Positions 38,690-48,900 of a DNA stretch of 64,000 bases are shown one piece after another. A model generated the notes under the pieces. The model made no database searches. It saw only the letters and a program-made list of their open reading frames with translations, and was not told the origin of the DNA. Every line of letters begins with the position of its first letter. Position 1 is the stretch's first letter. The DNA is taken from positions 124,001 to 188,000 of the forward strand of contig JAXLQJ010000004.1 of assembly GCA_046331705.1 (NCBI GenBank), written 5' to 3'. The stretch is from a bacterium (GTDB lineage: Bacteria > JADJOY01). The translations under genes were made by a program, and so were the position numbers.

Positions 38690-38728
38690 CGTGTCAACGA
38701 AGACACGCCGCGTGGTCGGTGTGCCACG
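38690..38728. promoter_or_regulatory. Tandem palindromic enhancer (UAS) candidates for an enhancer-binding protein
   Basis: CGTGTCAACGAAGACACG (38690-38707) and CGTGGTCGGTGTGCCACG (38711-38728), both CGTG-N10-CACG, about 125-165 bp upstream of the sigma54 site. Confidence 0.5.
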
Positions 38729-38786
38729 CCGATCAACCGCTGTTTGATGCCGCTCGAGGGGCCGCTCGACGAGCGCGCGCGGCGCT

Positions 38787-40151
38787 TCAATCGCGCGCGA
38801 TGCCCAGCAACCGCATCTTCTTGTAGAGGTGGCTGCGCTCGAGCCCGAGATCTTCCGCGGTGCGCGTGACGTTGCCGCTCATCTCCGCCAGCCGCGACAC
38901 GATCACCCGCCGCTCGAAGTCGGCGAGCAAGCCCCGCAGCGAGCGATCGTGACCGAGCGGCACGTCACCGCCCGCGTTGCTCGGCGCGGCGGGCAGGCAC
39001 ATGCGTACGTCCTCGGCGGTCACGCGCTCGCCGGGCACCAGGATCACGATTCGATCCACCACGTTCTTGAGCTCGCGGATGTTCCCGGGCCACGGGTAGC
39101 GCGTGAGCAGCTCGAGCGCCTCCGGATCGAGGCGCTTGCGCACTTGCCGCTCGTCTTCCTCGACGCTCAGCCCGATGAAGTGCTCGACCAGATCGGGGAC
39201 GTCCTCCTCGCGCTCGCGCAACGGCGGGACGTGGAACGGGATGACGTTGATGCGGAAGTAGAGATCCTCGCGGAAGCGGCCTTCCTTCATCGCCTTCTCG
39301 AGGTCCTGATTGGTGGCGGCGACGATGCGGACGTCCACGCGGATGGTCTCGCTGCCGCCCACGCGCTCGAACTCGCCCTCCTGGAGGACGCGCAAGAGCT
39401 TCGCCTGGAGATCGGGCTTCAGATCGCCGATCTCGTCCAGGAAGAGCGTGCCGCGATCGGCCTGCTCGAAGCGGCCCTTGCGCATGCGGGTCGCGCCGGT
39501 GAACGAGCCGCGCTCGTGGCCGAAGAGCTCGCTCTCCGCGAGCTCGAGCGGGATCGCGGCGCAGTTGAACTTCACGAACGGCGCTTGCGCGCGATTCGAT
39601 TCGCGATGGATGCCGCGCGCCACCAGCTCCTTGCCAGTGCCGTTCTCGCCGGTGATGAGGACGCGTCCCTGGGTGGGCCCGACGCGGCGGATGCGCTCAC
39701 GGACGCGCTCGATCGCGGCGCTCTTGCCGACGATCTCGTAGCGCCGCTCGAAGCGCTCCTTCAGGCTCACGTTCTCCTCGGCGAGCCGGTGGAAGTCGAG
39801 GGTGTTGCGAACCGTGAGCAGGATCTTCTCGTCGGAGAGCGGTTTCTCGATGAAGTCGTGCGCGCCGAGCTTGGTGGCCTCGACGGCGGTCTCGACGGTG
39901 GCGTGCGCCGACATCATCACCACCGGCACCCGCGAGAGACGGCGAATGGCCTTCAACGCGTCGAGTCCGCCCATGCCCGGCAGCTTCACGTCGAGCAGCA
40001 CGAGATCGGAGCCGCTCTTCTCTACCGCGCCGATGGCGGTCTCGGCGTCCGGCGCCTCCTCGACGCGATACGACTCGACACGCAACAGCTGCCCGAGCGA
40101 GCTGCGCACGCCGCGCTCGTCGTCCACCACCAAGATCCGCTCACCCGCCAC
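38787..40151 (-). CDS. sigma54-dependent response regulator (NtrC/NtrX family)
   Basis: REC (VVDDE, LLDVKLPG), GENGTGKE, FGHERGSFTGA, WPGNIREL, Fis-type HTH. Confidence 0.93.
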   Translation of the reverse strand: MAGERILVVDDERGVRSSLGQLLRVESYRVEEAPDAETAIGAVEKSGSDLVLLDVKLPGMGGLDALKAIRRLSRVPVVMMSAHATVETAVEATKLGAHDFIEKPLSDEKILLTVRNTLDFHRLAEENVSLKERFERRYEIVGKSAAIERVRERIRRVGPTQGRVLITGENGTGKELVARGIHRESNRAQAPFVKFNCAAIPLELAESELFGHERGSFTGATRMRKGRFEQADRGTLFLDEIGDLKPDLQAKLLRVLQEGEFERVGGSETIRVDVRIVAATNQDLEKAMKEGRFREDLYFRINVIPFHVPPLREREEDVPDLVEHFIGLSVEEDERQVRKRLDPEALELLTRYPWPGNIRELKNVVDRIVILVPGERVTAEDVRMCLPAAPSNAGGDVPLGHDRSLRGLLADFERRVIVSRLAEMSGNVTRTAEDLGLERSHLYKKMRLLGIARD

Positions 40152-40182
40152 GGCACGTCCTCCCGAGAAGCCCACCCATCGA

Positions 40183-41058
40183 TCAGCGACGCCCAGCGCT
40201 GCGCGGATCGAGAACGTCGCGCATCGCATCCCCAAGCACGTTGAATGCCACACCGGTGAGCACCAGCACGACGCTCGGGGCGATCAAGAGATGCGGCGAG
40301 GTCCGGTACACGAGCCAGCCTTCGTTGACCAACGTTCCCCAGCTCGCGTTGGGCGGCCGAAGACCGAGCCCGAGGAAGCTCAGCGTCGACTCGGCGAGGA
40401 TCGTCGACGGGATCTGGAACGTGAGCGCGACCAGGATCGGGCCCGCCAGGTTCGGCAGCACGTGGCGAACCAGGAGCCGCCGCCGGCTCGCCCCCAGCGC
40501 CCGCCCTGCTTCCACGAACGCTTCCTCGCGCACCCGCATCGTGAGCCCACGCACCAGCCGCGCCTCGGAGACCCAGCCCACCGAGGCCAGCGCCAGCACG
40601 ATCCCGATCGGCTCGCGCCCGAGAAAGAGCGTGAAGAGCGTGATCACCAGCAGGTCCGGAAGCGAGTAGACCACCTCGACGAGCCGCATCAGCGCTTCGT
40701 CGACCCAGCCGCCCGCATACCCCGAGACCAGGCCCACGCCGGTTCCGATCAAGAGCGCCGTGAGCGCCGTCGCGACGCTCACTCCCAGCGAGACGCGACC
40801 GCCTGCCAGCAGGCGCGCCATCAGATCCCGTCCCAGGCGATCGGTGCCGAGCCAATGCTCGTGGCTCGGCGTCTCCATCGCGCGCGTCGCATCCTGGTGC
40901 TCGGACTTCGCCCCCTGCACGATCCCCGCGCCCAGGCAGGTGAGCGCCAGCACCACCAGGAAGCTCGCCGCGGCCACGCCCAGGCGATGGCCCGCGAAGC
41001 GCCGCGCGGCGTCGACCCACAGACCGGAGGTGGCGCGTGCCGTGTCGCCGTGGGTCAT
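40183..41058 (-). CDS. oppC: Oligopeptide ABC transporter permease OppC
   Basis: HWLGTDRLGRD, EAGRALGAS, ESTLSFLGLG..WG. Confidence 0.88.
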   Translation of the reverse strand: MTHGDTARATSGLWVDAARRFAGHRLGVAAASFLVVLALTCLGAGIVQGAKSEHQDATRAMETPSHEHWLGTDRLGRDLMARLLAGGRVSLGVSVATALTALLIGTGVGLVSGYAGGWVDEALMRLVEVVYSLPDLLVITLFTLFLGREPIGIVLALASVGWVSEARLVRGLTMRVREEAFVEAGRALGASRRRLLVRHVLPNLAGPILVALTFQIPSTILAESTLSFLGLGLRPPNASWGTLVNEGWLVYRTSPHLLIAPSVVLVLTGVAFNVLGDAMRDVLDPRSAGRR

Positions 41059-41993
41059 GCGCCCTTCCCTTCGAGCCGCACCCGCGGATCGAGCGCCGCC
41101 GCGGCGACGTCGACCACCAAGTTCGCGATCACCAGCGCCGATGCGTAGATCACGGTCACCGCCATGACCATCGGGTAGTCCCGATCGATGACCGCCGTGA
41201 CGAAATGCCGGCCGGCGCCGGGCAGCGCGAACATGTGCTCGACCACGAACGAGCCCGTGCAGAGCGTCGCGGCGAGGGGACCCAGCATGGTCACCATCGC
41301 CAGCAGCGCCGGCCGCAGCTGGTGCTTGAGCAGCACCACCACCGGTGCCAGGCCCTTGGCGCGCGCGGTCTGGACGAACTCACGGGTCTCGAGCTCGAGC
41401 AGCTCGGAGCGCGTGAGCCGCGCCAGATAGACGCCGGGAGCGAGCGCGAGGGTGAGCACCGGCAGCACGCCGTAGCGAAATCCTTCCCAGAGCGCCGGCG
41501 GCACGATCCCCAGCCGCATGGCGAAGACCTCGATGAGCGCCACCGCCAGCACGAACGACGGCACGCACATGCCGACCACGAGCAGCACCGCGACCACCAC
41601 CGAGCCGGCTCCCGAGCGCACCTGGTACGCCGCCACGCCCCCCACCACGCCGAAGGCCACCGCCAGCGCGAGCCCCGCGGCGCCGATCGTCGCGGACACC
41701 GGCAGCCCCTCGGCGAGGATCTCGCCGACGCTGCGCCCGGGAAAGCGCAGGCTCGGGCCGAAATCGAGATGCGAGAGATCCACCAAGTAATCGAGGTATT
41801 GGCGCGTCACCGGTGCGTCCAGGTGGTACTTGCGCGCGATGTTGGCCTTCACCTCGGGCGGGAGCTGCTTCTCGCGGTCGAACGGACCGCCCGGCACCAC
41901 GCGCAACAGCACGAACGTGGCGGTCGCCACCACGTACACCACCGCGATGCCCTGCGCGAGGCGCCGCGCGACGAAGCGAATGAGCTCTGCCAA
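41055..41993 (-). CDS. oppB: Oligopeptide ABC transporter permease OppB
   Basis: PGGPF, DFGPS, TARAKGL, GSFVVE..PG.G, RDYP, DPRVR; start approximate. Confidence 0.88.
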   Translation of the reverse strand: MAELIRFVARRLAQGIAVVYVVATATFVLLRVVPGGPFDREKQLPPEVKANIARKYHLDAPVTRQYLDYLVDLSHLDFGPSLRFPGRSVGEILAEGLPVSATIGAAGLALAVAFGVVGGVAAYQVRSGAGSVVVAVLLVVGMCVPSFVLAVALIEVFAMRLGIVPPALWEGFRYGVLPVLTLALAPGVYLARLTRSELLELETREFVQTARAKGLAPVVVLLKHQLRPALLAMVTMLGPLAATLCTGSFVVEHMFALPGAGRHFVTAVIDRDYPMVMAVTVIYASALVIANLVVDVAAAALDPRVRLEGKGA

Positions 41994-42022
41994 GGCGCCG
42001 TCGAAGACTGGAAGGTGGCCGT

Positions 42023-43618
42023 TCAGGAACCCGGCGCGAGCGAGACGCGCGCGAGGTCGATCAGATCCATGGGGTTGGGCTCGTAGCCCACCAGGCGCGG
42101 CGACACGAGCTGGTTCTCGGCGCGCGTGTAGAGGCAGATCACCGGCACCTCCTGCTCGGTGAGGATGCGCTGGGCTTCGTCGTAGAGCACGCGGCGCTTG
42201 GCGACGTCGGGCTCGGCTGCGGCGCGCGACACCAGCTCGTCGAAGCGCGGGCTCTTCCAGCGCGTCCAGTTGTTGCCGCTGTCGCTGGTGAACTGCGACA
42301 TGAAGTTGTCCGGATCCGCGAAGTCCGCCTGCCAGCCCAGGCGCCAGATCGCCGGCGGATCGGTGGCCAGCGCCCGCAGGTAGACCTTCCACTCCTGGCT
42401 GTCGATCGTCACCTCGATGCCCAGGTTGCGCCGCCATTGCGCCGCGAGGTTCTCGGACACCGCGCGATAGTCCGGGTCCTCGTTGTAGCTCACGTCGGCG
42501 CGGGGGAAGCCCTTGCCACCCGGGAACCCAGCGGCGGCGAGCAGCTCCCGAGCCCGCGCGGGGTCGAAGCCGAGGCCGATGGTGGGCTCGTAACCGACCA
42601 AGCCCGGCGGGATCCACGAGGTGCTCGGCACTTGCCCGCCACGCAGCACGCGCGGCAGCTCGCTCCGATCGATCGCCAGCGAGAGCGCTTGCCGCACCCG
42701 CGCGTCGTCGAACGGCTTCTTGGAGACGTTGAAGCCGTAGTAGACGCCGTAGAACTGCGGCTTGCTCTTGAGGCGCGGATCGTTCTCGTAGGCCGGCAGG
42801 TCCTGACCGGTGAGCGCGATCCAGTCGAGCTTGCCGGTCTCGACGAGGTTGAGGCCGGTGGACTTGGTCGCCACCACGAACGCCTCGACGCGCGGAACCG
42901 GCGGTGGGCCGGCGCGGTAGTAGCGGTTCGCGGCGAGCACCAGCCGATAGTCGTGGTGCCAGCTCTCGAGCACGTAGGCGCCGTTGCCCACCAAGTGGCC
43001 CGGTGCCGTCCAGCGGTCGCCGTGCGCCCGGACCACGTCCTCGCGTACCGGGAACGTGTTCATCATCGACGCGATCGCGGGGATCGTGACCAGCGGATGG
43101 GTGAGCCGCACCTCGAAGGTCTCGGCGTCGAGCGCTCGCACGCCCAGCGCCTCGAGCGGCAGCTTCCCCGCGTTCACGTCCTTCGCGTTCTCGAGGTCGT
43201 AGAGGATGTACGCGTACTCGGCGGCGACGTTGGGATCGACGAGCCGCCGCCACGCGTACACGAAGTCCTGGGCGGTGACGGGCTTGCCGTCGCTCCAGCG
43301 CGCCGCGGGATCCAGGTGAAAGAGGTAGACCCGACCGTCCTCGCGGGTCTCCCACGACCGCGCCACCGCCGGCGAGGTGCCGCCGTCGGGTGTCAGCTTG
43401 GTGAGCCCCTCGAAGAGGTTCGTCACCATGTGGAACGAGGTGACGTCCTGGGCGAGCTGAGGGTCGAGGCTCGGCGGCTCGGTGTCGAGCGGCATGCGGA
43501 TCGTCGGCACGGACGCCGCGGCCTCGCGGTCTCGACAACCGCTGCTCGCCCACGCCGCGCACGCGAGCGCCAGCAGCGTCGCCCATCGATGCACGGGACT
43601 CGGCGGGCGCACGCTCAC
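42023..43618 (-). CDS. oppA: Oligopeptide-binding lipoprotein OppA
   Basis: Lipobox SSG-C; SLDP, LFEGL, WSDGKPVTAQDFVYAW, GNGAY, GWQADFADP. Confidence 0.9.
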   Translation of the reverse strand: MSVRPPSPVHRWATLLALACAAWASSGCRDREAAASVPTIRMPLDTEPPSLDPQLAQDVTSFHMVTNLFEGLTKLTPDGGTSPAVARSWETREDGRVYLFHLDPAARWSDGKPVTAQDFVYAWRRLVDPNVAAEYAYILYDLENAKDVNAGKLPLEALGVRALDAETFEVRLTHPLVTIPAIASMMNTFPVREDVVRAHGDRWTAPGHLVGNGAYVLESWHHDYRLVLAANRYYRAGPPPVPRVEAFVVATKSTGLNLVETGKLDWIALTGQDLPAYENDPRLKSKPQFYGVYYGFNVSKKPFDDARVRQALSLAIDRSELPRVLRGGQVPSTSWIPPGLVGYEPTIGLGFDPARARELLAAAGFPGGKGFPRADVSYNEDPDYRAVSENLAAQWRRNLGIEVTIDSQEWKVYLRALATDPPAIWRLGWQADFADPDNFMSQFTSDSGNNWTRWKSPRFDELVSRAAAEPDVAKRRVLYDEAQRILTEQEVPVICLYTRAENQLVSPRLVGYEPNPMDLIDLARVSLAPGS

Positions 43619-43630
43619 ACGGGGTCTCCG

Positions 43631-44767
43631 TCAGGGTGACGCGCTACCGGGAGCCGCCGAGGTCACCACGGTGGTCACGTTCGGCACCGCGCGATAGCGC
43701 AGCAGCCCGGCGCGCGCGTCCACCGACACCGTGGTGGTCTGGGCCGGTGCGATGGCGAGCGGCACCTGCACCGTCTCGCTCTCCACCACGTCGCCGGACT
43801 CCGAGTGCTTCCGGTAGGCAAAGGTGAAGCGATGATCGCCGGGATCGACGATCGAGTCGAAGAGCTTCGTGGATCCCTGGCACGGCAGGTCGGCGTCGGG
43901 AGCAGCGAGCGCGAGCGGCTTCGCGTCGAGCTCGGCCTTGGCCACGGTGATCCGCTGGCAATACGCGGGCGCCAGGTGGCCGACGAGCTCGATTCGGACG
44001 TGGGTCGCCTGACGGATGCGCTCGGACTCGGCCCGGGCGCGCTGCCGGGCGAGGCGCTCGTCGCGATCGAGCGCCACCAGCTTGTCGACCCACGAGCGCA
44101 GCGTGTCCTCGATCGCGCGGATGGTGCTCGCGTTCACGTAGGCACCCGCCCCCGCCTCGGCGAAGCACGCGAGCTGCTGCTCGGCGTCGGTATCGTTCAC
44201 GGCGAGACCGATCACGTAGACGAGCGGTCCGTCGGCGCCGCGCCACGCGCGCAGCGCCTCGCACGGGTTCGCGACGCAGCCGTCGCCGCCATCGGCGACC
44301 ACCACGATCGCGCGCTTGCCCTCCTCGCTCGCCAGCGCCCCGCCCGCGCGCTTGATCGCCTCCACCACCGGCGAGAGCCCGCGCGGGTTCAGGTTGGTGA
44401 GCGCGCCCAGCACGTCCGCGTTCTCCGCGGGCGCCAGCGGCACGACGGTGTCGACGTTGTCGCAACCCGTGCTCGCGAGCGTCCCGAACGTGGTCATGCC
44501 GATGCGGACGTCCTGACGCTCCATGCGGTCCATGAGCGACTTGAGCGCCTCGCGCAGCACGATGGTCTTGGGCAGCCCGCCGAGCTGCCCCCACATGCTG
44601 CCCGAGCCGTCGACCACCAGCTCGAGCGCCAGCTGCGCACGCGCTGGCGCGGCGAACGACACGGCCAGCGCGAGCACCGCGACCGTGCGCGCGGCCACCG
44701 CCGCGAGCGCCGAAGGTCGCGAGCGGGCGCGCCGCTCAGCGCCCGCGGGTCGGGTTCGAGCGCCCAT
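43631..44767 (-). CDS. Secreted VWA-domain protein
   Basis: Signal peptide; VVDGSGSMW MIDAS, P.GLSP, VVADG..C. Confidence 0.8.
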   Translation of the reverse strand: MGARTRPAGAERRARSRPSALAAVAARTVAVLALAVSFAAPARAQLALELVVDGSGSMWGQLGGLPKTIVLREALKSLMDRMERQDVRIGMTTFGTLASTGCDNVDTVVPLAPAENADVLGALTNLNPRGLSPVVEAIKRAGGALASEEGKRAIVVVADGGDGCVANPCEALRAWRGADGPLVYVIGLAVNDTDAEQQLACFAEAGAGAYVNASTIRAIEDTLRSWVDKLVALDRDERLARQRARAESERIRQATHVRIELVGHLAPAYCQRITVAKAELDAKPLALAAPDADLPCQGSTKLFDSIVDPGDHRFTFAYRKHSESGDVVESETVQVPLAIAPAQTTTVSVDARAGLLRYRAVPNVTTVVTSAAPGSASP

Positions 44768-44782
44768 GTCGCGAGCGGCCCC

Positions 44783-45064
44783 TCACGCGCGCCGCAGCAC
44801 GATGAGCGCCAGCACCATCAACAAGAGCCCCGTGCCGTTGAAGTGGACGTGGAAGCCCAGGGTCAGGTCGATCACCCAGAAGTCGAAGCGCGTGGGCGCC
44901 ATCCCGAACGGCTGGCGCCCGGCGATGATGTCGTGGAGCAAGCCCTGCCCCGGCAGCAGCGAGCCGATCCCTTGGCCGAGCCCGGTGCCGAGCACGCCCG
45001 AGATCAACAGCACGCCGAGCGTGACTCCCAGCCCGGGACCACGTCTTCGATCGTCGCCGAACAT
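44783..45064 (-). CDS. Small membrane protein, DUF4321-like
   Basis: Two hydrophobic segments, FDFWVIDLTLGFHVHFN motif. Confidence 0.55.
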   Translation of the reverse strand: MFGDDRRRGPGLGVTLGVLLISGVLGTGLGQGIGSLLPGQGLLHDIIAGRQPFGMAPTRFDFWVIDLTLGFHVHFNGTGLLLMVLALIVLRRA

Positions 45065-45140
45065 GGTCGGAGGAGGCGGCGCAACGCCGCCGAGCACAAC
45101 GAGTGTCGCGAGCGAGCGTCCGGTCGCGGCGAGGCGGCCC

Positions 45141-45170
45141 GTGCTAGCGCGCGCGGAATTCGAGTGTCAA
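45141..45170 (-). promoter_or_regulatory. sigma70-type promoter
   Basis: TTGACA-N18-TAGCAC upstream of the DUF4321-VWA-opp cluster. Confidence 0.45.
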
Positions 45171-45265
45171 TGCGATCGCGCCGCGAGCGCGGGTTGCCTG
45201 CCGCGATCTCCACGGCGTTCGCGTGCCGATCGAGACCGCGAATCCGTGCGCCCACCGACGCCCCC

Positions 45266-45305
45266 AAAAGAACACGCGGGAAGTGGCGAGACCACTTCCC
45301 GCGTG
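45266..45305 (-). terminator. Intrinsic terminator after pilX-like gene
   Basis: 14-bp perfect stem cacgcgggaagtgg/ccacttcccgcgtg, 5-nt loop, followed by TTCTTTT on the minus strand. Confidence 0.8.
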
Positions 45306-45340
45306 AGCGGCTGCATGCGCGCTCGTCGCGCGCGGCGGGG

Positions 45341-45916
45341 TCAGCCGCTGTAGAAGTTGAGGTTGTAGGTCTGGCTCACCATCTGCGAGAGCGTGATGCT
45401 GCCGACGCCCGCGTGCGTGGCCACGGACTGCAGCTCGAACGAGTACTTCACGGTCTTGCCCGCTTCCTCGCCGGTGCTGCGGCTCGTGAAGCTCACGGTG
45501 TTCGGCATCGTCGCGATCTGGAACCACACGCGCGTCTTGCCGCTGTTGAGCGTCATGTCCGGCGTGATGGCGGAGAAGTTCGCGGCGGTGCTCGACCCGC
45601 TGCTGCCCACCCCGCCGTAGTTCCGGATGTTCCAGTAGCCCGCCGACGACGAGGTGGAGATGTCGTTGGCGTTGGTGCGCTGCGGCGGCCCGAAGTAGCG
45701 CTTGCTGCGGAACCAGCTCCGCGCCGCCTGCAGCCCCGCGTCGCTGCCGAAGAGCGCGGTCTGCTTGGCCACCTCGCGTCCCACCGAGGCCACGTCGCGC
45801 TGGCTCGCCGTCATGAGACCGGTGGCCGCGAACGTGAGCGCCACCAGGATCAGCAGCACCAGCACCAGGGCCACACCGGACTCGCCGCCTGGACCGCTTC
45901 GGATCGTGCGTTTCAT
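45341..45916 (-). CDS. PilX-like minor pilin
   Basis: ESG|VALVLVLLILVALT N-terminus lacking E5, ..ALFGSDAGL. Confidence 0.75.
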   Translation of the reverse strand: MKRTIRSGPGGESGVALVLVLLILVALTFAATGLMTASQRDVASVGREVAKQTALFGSDAGLQAARSWFRSKRYFGPPQRTNANDISTSSSAGYWNIRNYGGVGSSGSSTAANFSAITPDMTLNSGKTRVWFQIATMPNTVSFTSRSTGEEAGKTVKYSFELQSVATHAGVGSITLSQMVSQTYNLNFYSG

Positions 45917-45951
45917 GTTGCCACTCCGTTCGTGGGACTGCGTGTCGAGGT

Positions 45952-48900
45952 TCATCGGTTGAGGATCTTCCAGCGGTCGGCGCTCACGGGCGATCCACCC
46001 GTGTCGATCACGACCGGGTGCAGCAAGGTGTCGCTGGTCTGGACGATCAGGGTCTTGCGCTCGGTATCCATCACCGGCTGCGACGGGACGCCGGCGCCCA
46101 GGTTGATGGCGCGAGCGGGCTGACCGCTGCGCGTGTCGCTCGAATCGACCGCGCCGTCGCCGGTGATGTCGAGAACCGGCGAGCCCGGCGCCGAGCCCGT
46201 GCCGGAGTTGAACACCAAGAGCGTCGGTGTGCCGCCGAAGTCGCACACGTTGTTGGTGGGCGTGAACGCGGTGATGAAGAGCATCCCGTTGACCAGCACG
46301 CCGGAGTAGATGGCGCGTGCGCCGGCCGCGGTGTTGCCGGATCCCGGCTCACCCGTGGTGGTGTTGAGCTTCAGGTCGACGTACCAGCCCGAGCCGCTGA
46401 AGCTCGTGGACGAGGTACCCGTGGTGGAATCGGTGGCGTTGGTGAGGCTGCCGTCGACCACCAGCGCGGTGGACGGGGTCCCGTTGCGCGCGCCGGTGTC
46501 CTTGATGCCGTAGATCCGCTGCACGCTGAGATCCGTGATGTCCGAGATGGTCTCGAGCTTGCCCGTGCCGAAGTACACCAGCACGTTCGGGTCGTTGGTC
46601 GTCTGGCTGTAGAACGAGAGGATCGGCCGCGCCATGATCGGCCGGGTGCTGCCGGCGCTGTAGACCAGCTGGGTCGGGTTGGTGGCCTGGCCGACGTCCC
46701 AGCGCCACATTCGGCCGAGGCGGTCGCCGACGTACACGCGATCGGTCGCCTGGTCGCCACCGATGTCGATGATCGCGGGGTCGCTGAGGCCGTTGCCCGT
46801 CTCGTTGGCGGGGTCGACGTTGATGACGGTCGCGTTCGCGAGACCGGTGTCCAGCGCCACGTTGAAGAGGTAGGCCTGGCCGTCCGAGTTGTTGGCGCCG
46901 GACGCGATGGTGGCCGCCCAGCTGCTGGTGGTCGTCGGGAAGGTCGCGCCCGAGGCGTTCAGGAAGTGGATCGCCGGGCGGGCCTGCGCGGCGCCGAGGC
47001 GAGCCTCGGAGAGCGTGCCGGGCACCGCGAACGACGTGGGGTTCGGCCACTGCCAGAGCACCACCGGCGGGTTGGGATTGGCCTCCGGGCCGGGGTCGGT
47101 GACGTCGAGGGCCACGTAGCCACCGTGCTTGCCGCCGCCCGCGATCAGGACCGTGTGCCAAGACGCGGCCGCACCGTCGACGCCGAAGTAGGCATCGACC
47201 ACACGCGGCGTGCCGTCGAACGAGAAGTAGTGGCAGTAGCCGGGGCTCGAGAGCGTGCTCTTGAAGATCGGCAGGTTCCAGTTGGGAACGAAGGCCCAGC
47301 GCTCGCTCCCCGTGACCGAGTCGAAGGCGTGGAGCATGCCGTCGTTGGCGGCCACGTAGATCACCGTCGGGCGGCTCTGATACGTGGTGTAGAAGGTCTG
47401 GTAGCTCGACTGCGGGTAGAAGAACGGCGGCGTGCCCACCACCACCGGGTTCGAGTCGACGATGTCGCCCAGCTTCCAGACTTGGTTGCTGGTGACGACG
47501 GTGCGCGTGCGATAGCCGGAGACGTCCGTGCCGCGCGCCCAGTTGATGAGGTTGCTGCCCTCGGTGGAGTCGGCGGCGCCGAGGTACGAGCGTAGCGTCG
47601 CCTCGTTCGCCACCGTGAAGTCGATGCGGTCGTCGATGCGCGTATCGGCATCGCCGCCGTCGATGGCGGTGTAGATGCGGCGTGTGCTGGGATCGCGCGC
47701 CGCCAGCAAGTTGCCCGCGCGCCAGATCGGGTTGGCGCCCGAGACGTAGGGAAGCGCGTAGCCGTAGAGCTGGCCCTGCCAGGTACCGCTCTGGAAGCTC
47801 GCGGTGACCAGCGTGTCGGTGCCGACGCCGGTGGTCGACACCACCGCGGCCGAGGTCGCGGACGCCGCCTTCTCGATGATCGACTGCGCGGCGCTCGAGA
47901 TGGCCTGGATGAACTCGCTCTCGTTGGTCGCGAAGTACGAGTCACCGCCGCCAGCGGAAGCGGTCTTCTCGAGCAGGTCCTGAACGCTCGACACGTCGTT
48001 CATGAACCCGATGGTGTAGATGGAGAGCGCCTGCCGGCCGCTGAACGCGGTCGAGGCGTCGAGCTCGCGGTTCACGCACGCCGCGAAGTCGTTGACCGCG
48101 GCGTCGTCGGTGTCGCTGCCCCACATCCTGGTGTCCGACCAATCCTGAGAGCAGTACGAGGTGATCTTGTCGGTGCCGTTGGACGTGTTGTCCGAGGCCT
48201 CGCGCATGTCGGTGTTGGGACGACCGTCGGTGGCGAGGATCACGAAGTTCGGCTGGCACGCGTAGGTGATCGGGCTCGAGAAGGTGCTGCCGCCACCCGG
48301 GTTCGAGAACGTGCCCTTGTAGTACTTCCAGGCATCCCGGAGCGTGTCGGCGAGGAACGTCTGGTACGGGTCGTTGATGATGTCGCCCGAGCCGACCGTG
48401 AACGAGGGAGAAGACGTGGTGAGCGACGAGTTCCAGCCGATCGTGCCGCTGTAGTTCATGAGGGCGTTCATGACGCCCGTGGCGCTGGTCACCGAGTCGC
48501 CGCCGTTGATGGCCGAGACCAGCCGTCCGCCGAGGCTGCCGTTGCCTGGGCTCGAGCTCGAGATCGCGGTCACGAACGACATGAGCCCCCAGTTGAGCTG
48601 GGTCTGGGTGGCGGCCACGGCGTCGCGCAGCGCCTGGCGCATGACGTCGTCGCGGTTCTTGGCCAGGTGCTGGTAGTTGAGGTAGCGGCCCTGGTAGAGG
48701 TAGCGCGTGCTGGAGGTGTTGCCGGCGCCGCTGGTGCCGCTCACGTGCGGAATGATGTTGCAGGGGTTGCCTCTCTCCACGTAGCGCCCTTCCGACGCCG
48801 TCATGTCCGGCTCGGCGATGCCCTTGCCGTGGTCGTAGCAGTGGTTCGGATTGGGCTCGCCCGACACGCCCGAGTTACCCGAGTGGTTGTACTTGGGGAT

